From assembly GCA_964016885.1 (NCBI GenBank), contig OZ024741.1, positions 262,012,001 through 262,076,000 on the forward strand: a stretch of 64,000 nt of DNA, given 5' to 3'. The notes under the pieces are model-generated. The model had not been told where the DNA came from, did not search any database, and saw nothing but the letters and a program-made list of their open reading frames with translations. The stretch is from Eledone cirrhosa. Its lineage: Eukaryota. A program made the translations under genes and the position numbers. Shown here in pieces: positions 49,101-61,100 of the stretch; position 1 is the stretch's first letter, and every line of letters begins with the position of its first letter.

Positions 49101-52100
49101 ATCGACTTACGAAAATAACAAATAGACGCGGTTTCAAATCTCTATGCTTTTCAAATTCATTACATTAATCTTTATTTATACGTTTCGCTTTACGAGTGTT
49201 TCGACTTACGAGTCTTTCGACATACGAGTGTTTCAGCTTACGAGTGTTTTGATTTACGAGTGTTTTGACTTACGGGTGTTTCGACTTTCGCGTGTTTCGA
49301 CTTACGAGTGTTTCGACTTACGAGTGTTTCGACCTACGAGTGTTTCGGCTTACGAGTGTTTCGAATTACGAGTGTTTTGGCATACGAATGTTTTCACTGA
49401 CGGGTGTTTCGACTTACGGGTGTTTCGGCTTACGAGTGTTTCGACTTACGAGTCTTTCGGCTTACGAGTGTCTCGACTTACTAATGTTTTTACTTACGAG
49501 TGTTTCGGCGTACGAGTGTTTAGACTTACGAGTATTTCGACTTACGGGTGTTTTGACTTACGGGTGTTTCGGCTTACGAGTGTTTCGACTTACGAGTGTT
49601 TGACTTAAGGGTGTTTCGACTTACGAGTATTTTTGGCTTACGAGTGTTTCGACTTACGAGTGTTTTGACTTACGAGTGTTCTGATTTACGGATGTTTCGA
49701 CATACGAGTGTTTCGACTTACGAGTGTTTCGACTTATGAGTGTTTCGACTTACGAGTGTTTCGACTTACGAGTGTTTCGGCTTATGAGTGTTTCGACTTA
49801 CGAGTGTTTTGACTTACGGTGTTTCGGCTTACGAGTGTTTCGACTTACGAGTGTTTTGACATACGGGTGTTTTGACATACGAGTGTTTCGATACGAGTGT
49901 TCTGACTTACGAGTGTTCTGACTTACGAGGGTTCCGACTTACGAGTGTTCCGACTTACGAGTGTTTTGGCTTACGGTGTTTCGGCTTACGAGTGTTTCGA
50001 GTTACGAGTGTTTTGACTTACGCGTGTTTTGACATACGAGTGTTTCGATACGAGGGTTCTGACTTTCTAGTGTTCTGACTTACGAGTGTTCTGACTTACG
50101 AGTGTTCGGACTTACGAATGTTCCGACTTTACGAGTGTTTCGGCTCACGAGTGTTTTGGCTTACGGTGTTTCGGCTTACGAGTGTTTCGAGTTACGAGTG
50201 TTTTGACTTACGCGTTTTTTGACATACGAGTGTTTCGATACGAGTGTTCTGACTTACGAGTGTTCTGACTTACGAGTGTTCTGACTTACGAGTGTTCTGA
50301 CTTACGAGTGTTCTGACTTACGAGTGTATCGACTTACGAAAATAACAAATAGACGCGGTTTCAAATCTCTATGCTTTTCAAATTCATTACATTAATCTTT
50401 ATTTATACGTTTCGCTTTACGAGTGTTTCGACTTACGAATCTTTCGACATACGAGTGTATCAGCTTACGAGTGTTTTGATTTACGAGTGTTTTGACTTAC
50501 GGGTGTTTCGACTTACGAGTGTTTCGGCTTACGAGTGTTTCGAATTACGAGTGTTTTGGCATACGAATGTTTTCACTGACGGGTGTTTCGACTTACGGGT
50601 GTTTCGGCTTACGAGTGTTTCGACTTACGAGTGTTTTGACTTAGGAGTGTTCTGACTTACGAGTGTTCTGACTTACGAGTGTTCCGACTAACAAGTGTTC
50701 CGACTTACGAGTGTTTCGGCTTACGTGTGTTTCGGCTTACGAGTGTTTCGGCTTACGAGTGTTTTGACTTACGAGTGTTCTGACTACGAGTGTTCTGACT
50801 TACGAGTGTTCTGACTTACGAGTGTTCCGACTTACGAGTGTTTCGGCTTATGAGTGTTTCGACTTACGGGCGTTTCGACTTACGAGTGTTTTGACTTACG
50901 AGTGTTCTGACTTACGAGTGTTCTGACTTACGAGTGTTCCGACTTACGACTGTTTCGACTTACGAGTGTTTTGACTTACGAGTGTTCCGACTTACGAGTG
51001 TTTCGGCTTACGGGTCTTTCGACGTACGAGTATTTTTGGCTTACGAGTGTTTCGACTTACGAGTGTTTTGAATTACGATTGTTTCGGCTTACGAGTGTTT
51101 CGACTTACGAGTATTTCGACTTACGAGTGTTTTGACTTACGGGTGTTTTGACATTCGAGTGTTTCGATACGAGTGCTCTGACTTACGAGTGTTCTGAATT
51201 ACGAGTGTTCTGACTTACGAGTGTTCGGACTTACAGGTGTTCTGACTTACGTGTGTTCCGACTTACGAGTGTTTCGGCTATGGGTGTTTCGACTTACGAG
51301 TGTTTCGACTTACGAATGTTTTGGCTTACGAGTGTTTCGGCTTACGAGTGTTTCGACTTACGAATGTTTTGGCTTACGGTGTTTCGGCTTACGAGTGTTT
51401 CGACTTACGAGTGTTTTGACTTACGGTGTTTCGGCTTACGAGTTATTCGACATACGAGTGTTTCGACTTATGAGTGTTTCGACTTACGAGTGTTCTGACT
51501 TACGAGTGTTCTGACTTACGAGTGTTCCGACTTACGAGTGTTTCGGTTTACGAGTGTTTCGACATACGAGTGTTTTGACTTACGGGTGTTTCGACTTACG
51601 GGTGTTTCGACTTACGAGTGTTTCGGCTTACGAGTGTTTCGACTTACTAATGTTTTTATTTACGAGTGTTACGGTGTACGAGTGTTTCGACTTAAGGATG
51701 TTTCGACTTACGAGTGTTTCGACTTACGAGTGTTTCGGCTTACGTGAGTTTTGACTTAAGAGTGTTCTTACGAGTGTTTTGACTTACGAATGTTTTGACT
51801 TACGGGTGTTTCGGCTTACGAGTGTTTCGACTTACCAGTGTTTCGGCTTGCGAGTGTTTCGACTTACTAATGTTTTTCCTTACGAGTTTTCGGCGTACGA
51901 GTGTTTCGACTTACGAGTGTTTCGACTTACGGGTGTTTTGACTTACGGGTGTTTCGGCTTACGAGTGTTTCGACTTACGAGTGTTTCGGCTTATGAGTGT
52001 TTCGACTTACGAGTGTTTTGACTTACGGGTGTTTTGACATACGAGTGTTTCGATACGAGTGTTCTGACTTACGAGTGTTCTGACTTACGAGTGTTCTGAC

Positions 52101-55100
52101 TTACGAGTGTTCTGACTTACGGGTGTTCTGACTTACGAGTGTTCCGACTTACGAGTGTTTCGGCTATGAGTGTTTTGACTTACGGGTGTTTCGACTTACG
52201 GGTGTTTCGACTTACGAGTGTTTCGACTTACGAGTGTTTCCGCATACGAGTGTTTCGGCTTACGAGTGTTTCGACATACTAATGTTTTTACTTACGAGTG
52301 TTTCGGTGTACGAGTGTTTCGACTTAAGGATGCTTCGACTTACGAGTGTTTCGACTTACGAGTGTTTCGACTTACGAGTGTTTCGAATTACGAGTGTTTT
52401 GGCTTACGAATGTTTTCACTTACGGGTGTTTCGACTTACGGGTGTTTAGGCTTACGAGTGTTTCGACTTACGAGTGTTTTGACTTACGAGTGTTCTGACT
52501 TACGAGTGTTCTGACTACGAGTGTTCTGACTTACGGGTGTTCTGACTTACGAGTGTTCCGACTTACGAGTGTTTCGGCTTATGAAGGTTTCGACTTACGG
52601 GCGTTTCGACTTACGGGTGTTTCGACTTACGAGTGTTTTGACTTACGAGTGTTCTGACTTACGAGTGTTCTGTCTTACGAGTGTTCCGACTTACGACTGT
52701 TTCGACTTACGAGTGTTTCGACTTAAGAGTGTTTTGAATTACGATTGTTTCGGCTTACGAGTGTTTCGACTTACGAGTATTTCGACTTACGAGTGATTCG
52801 GCTATGGGTGTTTCGACTTACGAGTGTTTCGACTTACGAATGTTTTGGCTTACGAGTGTTTCGGCTTACGAGTGTTTCGACTTACGAATGTTTTAGCTTA
52901 CGAGTGTTTCGGCTTACGGGCGTTTCGACTTACGAGTGTTTCGACTTACGAGTGTTTTGACTTACGGTGTTTCGGCTTACGAGTTATTCGACATACGAGA
53001 GTTTCGACTCACGGGTGTTTCGACTTACGAGTGTTTCGACTTATGAGTGTTTCGACTTACGAGTGTTCTGACTTACGAGTGTTCTGACTTACGAGTGTTC
53101 CGACTTACGAGTGTTTCGGTTTACGAGTGTTTCGACATACGAGTGTTTTGACTTACGGGTGTTTCGACTTACGGGTGTTTCGACTTACGAGTGTTTCGGC
53201 TTACGAGTGTTTCGACTTACTAATGTTTTTACTTACGAGTGTTTCGGTGTACGAGTGTTTCGACTTAAGGATGTTTCGACTTACGAGTGTTTCGACTTAC
53301 GTGTGTTTCGGCTTACGTGAGTTTCGACTTAAGAGTGTTCTGATTTACGAGTGTTCTGACTTGCGGGTGTTCTGATTTACGAGTGTTCCGACTTACGAGT
53401 GTTTCGGCTTACGAGTGTTTCGACTTACGGTGTTTCGGCTTACGAGTGTTTCGACATACGAGTGTTTTGACTTACGGGTGTTTCGACTTACGAGTGTTTT
53501 GACTTACGAATGTTTTGACTTACGGGTGTTTCGGCTTACGAGTGTTTCGACTTACGAGTGTTTCGGCTTACGAGTGTTTCGACTTACTAATGTTTTTACT
53601 TACGAGTGTTTCGGCGTACGAGAGTTTTGACTTACGAGTGTTTCGACTTGCGGGTGTTTCGACTTACGAGTGTTTTGACTTACGAATGTTTTGACTTACG
53701 GGTTTTTCGGCTTACGAGTGTTTCGACTTACGAGTCTTTCTTCTTACAAGTGTTTCGACTTACTATTGTTTTTACTTACGAGTGTTTCGGCTTACGAGTG
53801 TTTCGACTTACGAGTGTTCTGACTTATGAGTGTTCTGACTTACGAGTGTTCTGACTTACGAGTGTTCCGACTTACGAGTGTTTCGGCTTACGAGTGTTTC
53901 GACTTACGAGTGTTTCGACTTACTAATGTTTTTACTTGCGAGTGTTTCGGCGTACGAGTGTTTCGACTTACGAGTATTTCGACTTACGGGTGTTTTGACT
54001 TACGGGTGTTTCGGCTTACGAGTGTTTCGACTTACGAGTGTTTGACTTAAGGGTGTTTCGACTTACGAGTATTTTTGGCTTACGAGTGTTTCGACTTACG
54101 AGTGTTTTAACTTACGAGTGTTCTGATTTACGGATGTTTCGACATACGAGTGTTTCGACTTACGAGTGTTTCGACTTATGAGTGTTTCGACTTACGAGTG
54201 TTTCGACTTACGAGTGTTTCGGCTTATGAGTGTTTCGACTTACGAGTGTTTTGACTTACGGTGTTTCGGCTTACGAGTGTTTCGACTTACGAGTGTTTTG
54301 ACTTACGGGTGTTTTGACATACGAGTGTTTCGATACGAGTGTTCTGACTTACGAGTGTTCTGACTTACGAGTGTTTTGACTTACGTGTGTTCTGACTTAC
54401 GAGTGTTCCGACTTACGAGTGTTCCGACTTACGAGTGTTTCGGCTTACGAGTGTTTCCGGCTTACGAGTGTTTCGACTTACGAGTGTTTTGACTTACGGT
54501 GTTTCGGCTTACGAGTGATTCAACTTACGAGTGTTTTGACTTACGGGTGTTTTGACTTACGGGTGTTGTGAATTACGAGTGTTCCGATTTACGAGTGTTT
54601 TGACTTACCGTGTTTCGGCTTACGAGTGATTCGACTTACGAATGTTTTGACTTACGGGTGTTTCGGCTTGCGAGTGTTTCGACTTACGAGTGTTTCGGCT
54701 TATGAGTGTTTCGTCTTACTAATGTTTTTACTTACGAGTGTTTCGGCGTACGAGTGTTTTGACTTACGATTGTTTCGACTTACGAGTGTTTTGACTTACG
54801 AATGTTTTGACTTACGGGTGTTTCGGCTTACGAGTGTTTCGACTTACGAGTGTTTCGGCTTGCGAGTGTTTCGACTTACTAATGTTTTTACTTACGAGTG
54901 TTTCGGCGTACGAGTGTTTCGACTTACGAGTGTTTCGACTTACGGGTGTTTTGACTTACGGGTGTTGTGAATTACGAGTGTTCCGATTTACGAGTGTTTT
55001 GACTTACGGTGTTTCGGCTTACGAGTGATTTGACTTACGAATGTTTTGACTTACGGGTGTTTCGGCTTGCGAGTGTTTCGACTTACGAGAGTTTTGACTT

Positions 55101-58100
55101 ACGAGTGTTTCGACTTACGAGTGTTTTGACTTACGAGTGTTCTGATTTACGGATGTTTCTACATACGAGTGTTTTCACTTACGGTGTTTCGGCTTACGAG
55201 TGATTCGACTTACGAGTGTTTTGACTTACGGGTGTTTTGACTTACGGGTGGTGTGAATTACGAGTGTTCCGATTTACGAGTGTTTTGACTTACGGTGTTT
55301 CGGCTTACGAGTGATTCGACTTACTAATGTTTTTACTTACGAGTGTTTGGGCGTACGAGTGTTTCGACATACGAGTGTTTTGACTTACGGGTGTTTCGAC
55401 TTACGAGTGTTTTGACTTACGAATGTTTTGACTTACGGGTGTTTCGGCTTACGAGTGTTTCGACTTACGAGTCTTTCGGCTTACGGGCGTTTCGGCTTAT
55501 GAGTGTTTCGACTTACTAATGTTTTGACTTATGGGTGTTTCGGCTTGCGAGTGTTTCGACTTACGAGTGTTTCGGCTTATGAGTGTTTCGACTTACTAAT
55601 GTTTTTACTTACGAGTGTTTGGGCGTACGAGTGTTTCGACATACGAGTTTTTTGACTTACGGGTGTTTCGACTTACGAGTGTTTTGACTTACGAATGTTT
55701 TGACTTACGGGTGTTTCGGCTTACGAGTGTTTCGACTTACGAGTCTTTCGGCTTACGAGTGTCTCGACTTACTAATGTTTTTACTTACGAGTGTTTCGGC
55801 GTACGAGTGTTTAGACTTACGAGTATTTCGACTTACGGGTGTTTTGACTTACGGGTGTTTCGGCTTACGAGTGTTTCGACTTACGAGTGTTTGACTTAAG
55901 GGTGTTTCGACTTACGAGTATTTTTGGCTTACGAGTGTTTCGACTTACGAGTGTTTTGACTTACGAGTGTTCTGATTTACGGATGTTTCGACATACGAGT
56001 GTTTCGACTTACGAGTGTTTCGACTTATGAGTGTTTCGACTTACGAGTGTTTCGACTTACGAGTGTTTCGGCTTATGAGTGTTTCGACTTACGAGTGTTT
56101 TGACTTACGGTGTTTCGGCTTACGAGTGTTTCGACTTACGAGTGTTTTGACATACGGGTGTTTTGACATACGAGTGTTTCGATACGAGTGTTCTGACTTA
56201 CGAGTGTTCTGACTTACGAGGGTTCCGACTTACGAGTGTTCCGACTTACGAGTGTTTTAGCTTACGGTGTTTCGGCTTACGAGTGTTTCGAGTTACGAGT
56301 GTTTTGACTTACGCGTGTTTTGACATACGAGTGTTTCGATACGAGGGTTCTGACTTTCGAGTGTTCTGACTTACGAGTGTTCTGACTTACGAGTGTTCTG
56401 ACTTACGAATGTTCCAACTTTACGAGTGTTTCGGCTCACGAGTGTTTTGGCTTACGGTGTTTCGGCTTACGAGTGTTTCGAGTTACGAGTGTTTTGACTT
56501 ACGCGTTTTTTGACATACGAGTGTTTCGATACGATTGTTCTGACTTACGAGTGTTCTGACTTACGAGTGTTCTGACTTACGAGTGTTCTGACTTACGAGT
56601 GTTCTGACTTACGAGTGTATCGACTTACGAAAATAACAAATAGACGCGGTTTCAAATCTCTATGCTTTTCAAATTCATTACATTAATCTTTATTTATACG
56701 TTTCGCTTTACGAGTGTTTCGACTTACGAGTCTTTCGACATACGAGTGTTTCAGCTTACGAGTGTTTTGATTTACGAGTGTTTTGACTTACGGGTGTTTC
56801 GACTTTCGCGTGTTTCGACTTACGAGTGTTTCGACTTACGAGTGTTTCGACCTACGAGTGTTTCGGCTTACGAGTGTTTCGAATTACGAGTGTTTTGGCA
56901 TACGAATGTTTTCACTGACGGGTGTTTCGACTTACGGGTGTTTCGGCTTACGAGTGTTTCGACTTACGAGTGTTTTGACTTACGAGTGTTCTGACTTACG
57001 AGTGTTCTGACTTACGAGTGTTCCGACTAACAAGTGTTCCGACTTACGAGTGTTTCGGCTTACGTGTGTTTCGGCTTACGAGTGTTTCGGCTTACGAGTG
57101 TTTTGACTTACGAGTGTTCTGACTACGAGTGTTCTGACTTACGAGTGTTCTGACTTACGAGTGTTCCGACTTACGAGTGTTTCGGCTTATGAGTGTTTCG
57201 ACTTACGGGCGTTTCGACTTACGAGTGTTTTGACTTACGAGTGTTCTGACTTACGAGTGTTCTGACTTACGAGTGTTCCGACTTACGACTGTTTCGACTT
57301 ACGAGTGTTTTGACTTACGAGTGTTCCGACTTACGAGTGTTTCGGCTTACGGGTGTTTCGACGTACGAGTATTTTTGGCTTACGAGTGTTTCGACTTACG
57401 AGTGTTTTGAATTACGATTGTTTCGGCTTACGAGTGTTTCAACTTACGAGTATTTCGACTTACGAGTGTTTTGACTTACGGGTGTTTTGACATTCGAGTG
57501 TTTCGATACGAGTGCTCTGACTTACGAGTGTTCTGAATTACGAGTGTTCTGACTTACGAGTGTTCGGACTTACAGGTGTTCTGACTTACGTGTGTTCCGA
57601 CTTACGAGTGTTTCGGCTATGGGTGTTTCGACTTACGAGTGTTTCGACTTACGAATGTTTTGGCTTACGAGTGTTTCGGCTTACGAGTGTTTCGACTTAC
57701 GAATGTTTTGGCTTACGGTGTTTCGGCTTACGAGTGTTTCGACTTACGAGTGTTTTGACTTACGGTGTTTCGGCTTACGAGTTATTCGACATACGAGTGT
57801 TTCGACTTACGGGTGTTTCGACTTACGGGTGTTTCGACTTACGAGTGTTTCGACTTATGAGTGTTTCGACTTACGAGTGTTCTGACTTACGAGTGTTCTG
57901 ACTTACGAGTGTTCCGACTTACGAGTGTTTCGGTTTACGAGTGTTTCGACATACGGGTGTTTTGAATTACGGGTGTTTCGACTTACGGGTGTTTCGACTT
58001 ACGAGTGTTTCGGCTTACGAGTGTTTCGACTTACTAATGTTTTTATTTACGAGTGTTTCGGTGTACGAGTGTTTCGACTTAAGGATGTTTCGACTTACGA

Positions 58101-61100
58101 GTGTTTCGACTTACGAGTGTTTCGCCTTACGTGAGTTTTGACTTAAGAGTGTTCTTACGAGTGTTTTGACTTACGAATGTTTTGACTTACGGGTGTTTCG
58201 GCTTACGAGTGTTTCGACTTACCAGTGTTTCGGCTTGCGAGTGTTTCGACTTACTAATGTTTTTCCTTACGAGTTTTCGGCGTACGAGTGTTTCGACTTA
58301 CGAGTGTTTCGACTTACGGGTGTTTTGACTTACGGGTGTTTCGGCTTACGAGTGTTTCGACTTACGAGTGTTTCGGCTTATGAGTGTTTCGACTTACGAG
58401 TGTTTTGACTTACGGGTGTTTTGACATACGAGTGTTTCGATACGAGTGTTCTGACTTACGAGTGTTCTGACTTACGAGTGTTCTGACTTACGAGTGTTCT
58501 GACTTACGGGTGTTCTGACTTACGAGTGTTCCGACTTACGAGTGTTTCGGCTATGAGTGTTTTGACTTACGGGTGTTTCGACTTACGGGTGTTTCGACTT
58601 ACGAGTGTTTCGACTTACGAGTGTTTCCGCTTACGAGTGTTTCGGCTTACGAGTGTTTCGACATACTAATGTTTTTACTTACGAGTGTTTCGGTGTACGA
58701 GTGTTTCGACTTAAGGATGCTTCGACTTACGAGTGTTTCGACTTACGAGTGTTTCGACTTACGAGTGTTTCGAATTACGAGTGTTTTGGCTTACGAATGT
58801 TTTCACTTACGGGTGTTTCGACTTACGGGTGTTTCGGCTTACGAGTGTTTCGACTTACGAGTGTTTTGACTTACGAGTGTTCTGACTTACGAGTGTTCTG
58901 ACTACGAGTGTTCTGACTTACGGGTGTTCTGACTAACGAGTGTTCCGACTTACGAGTGTTTCGGCTTATGAAGGTTTCGACTTACGGGCGTTTCGACTTA
59001 CGGGTGTTTCGACTTACGAGTGTTTTGACTTACGAGTGTTCTGACTTACGAGTGTTCTGTCTTACGAGTGTTCCGACTTACGACTGTTTCGACTTACGAG
59101 TGTTTCGACTTAAGAGTGTTTTGAATTACGATTGTTTCGGCTTACGAGTGTTTCGACTTACGAGTATTTCGACTTACGAGTGATTCGGCTATGGGTGTTT
59201 CGACTTACGAGTGTTTCGACTTACGAATGTTTTGGCTTACGAGTGTTTCGGCTTACGAGTGTTTCGACTTACGAATGTTTTAGCTTACGAGTGTTTCGGC
59301 TTACGGGCGTTTCGACTTACGAGTGTTTCGACTTACGAGTGTTTTGACTTACGGTGTTTCGGCTTACGAGTTATTCGACATACGAGAGTTTCGACTCACG
59401 GGTGTTTCGACTTACGGGTGTTTCGACTTACGAGTGTTTCGACTTATGAGTGTTTCGACTTACGAGTGTTCTGACTTACGAGTGTTGTGACTTACGAGTG
59501 TTCCGACTTACGAGTGTTTCGGTTTACGAGTGTTTCGACATACGAGTGTTTTGACTTACGGGTGTTTCGACTTACGGGTGTTTCGACTTACGAGTGTTTC
59601 GGCTTACGAGTGTTTCGACTTACTAATGTTTTTACCTACGAGTGTTTCGGTGTACGAGTGTTTCGACTTAAGGATGTTTCGACTTACGAGTGTTTCGACT
59701 TACGTGTGTTTCGGCTTACGTGACTTTCGACTTAAGAGTGTTCTGATTTACGAGTGTTCTGACTTGCGGGTGTTCTGATTTACGAGTGTTCCGACTTACG
59801 AGTGTTTCGGCTTATGAGTGTTTCGACTTACGAGTGTTTCGGCTTACGAGTGTTTCGACATACGAGTGTTTTTACTTACGGGTGTTTCGACTTACGAGTG
59901 TTTTGACTTACGAATGTTTTGACTTACGGGTGTTTCGGCTTACGAGTGTTTCGACTTACGAGTGTTTCGGCTTACGAGTGTTTCGACTTACTAATGTTTT
60001 TACTTACGAGTGTTTCGGCGTACGAGAGTTTTGACTTACGAGTGTTTCGACTTGCGGGTGTTTCGACTTACGAGTGTTTTGACTTACGAATGTTTTGACT
60101 TACGGGTTTTTCGGCTTACGAGTGTTTCGACTTACGAGTCTTTCTGCTTACAAGTGTTTCGACTTACTATTGTTTTTACTTACGAGTGTTTCGGCTTACG
60201 AGTGTTTCGACTTACGAGTGTTCTGACTTACGAGTGTTCTGACTTATGAGTGTTCTGACTTACGAGTGTTCTGACTTACGAGTGTTCCGACTTACGAGTG
60301 TTTCGGCTTACGAGTGTTTCGACTTACGAGTGTTTCGACTTACAAGTGTTTCGACTTACGAGTGTTTTGACTTACGGTGTTTCGGCTTACGAGTGTTTCG
60401 ACTTACGAGTGTTTTGACTTACTGGTGTTTTGACATACGAGTGTTTCGATACGAGTGTTTCGACTTACGAGTGTTCTGACTTACGAGTGTTCTGACTTAC
60501 GAGTGTTCTGACTTACGAGTGTTCTAACTTACGAGTGTTCTGACTTACGAGTGTTCTAACTTACGAGTGTTTTGACTTACGATTGTTTCGGCTTACGAGT
60601 GTTTCGACTTACGAGTGTTTCGACTTACGAGTGTTTTGACTTACGGGTGTTTTGACATACGAGTGTTTCGATACGAGTGTTCTGACTTACGAGTGTTCTG
60701 ACTTACGAGTGTTCTGACTTACGAGTGTTCCGACTTACGAGTGTTTCGGCTCACGAGTGTTTCGGCTTACGAGTGTTTCCACTTACGAAAATAACAAATA
60801 GACGCGGTTTCAAATTACTATGCTTTTCAAGTTCATTACATTAATATTTATTTATACGTTTCGCTTTACGAATGTTTCGACTTACGAGTGTTTCGACTTA
60901 CGAGTGTTTCGACTTACGAGTGCTTTGACTTACGGGTCTTTCGACTTACGCGTGTTTCGACTTACGAGTGTTCTGACTTACGAGTGTTCTGACTTACGAG
61001 TGTTCCGACTTACGAGTGTTTTGACTTACGAGTGTTTCGGCTTACAAGTGTTTCGACTTACGAGAGTTTTGACTTACGAGTGTTTCGACTTACGAGAGTT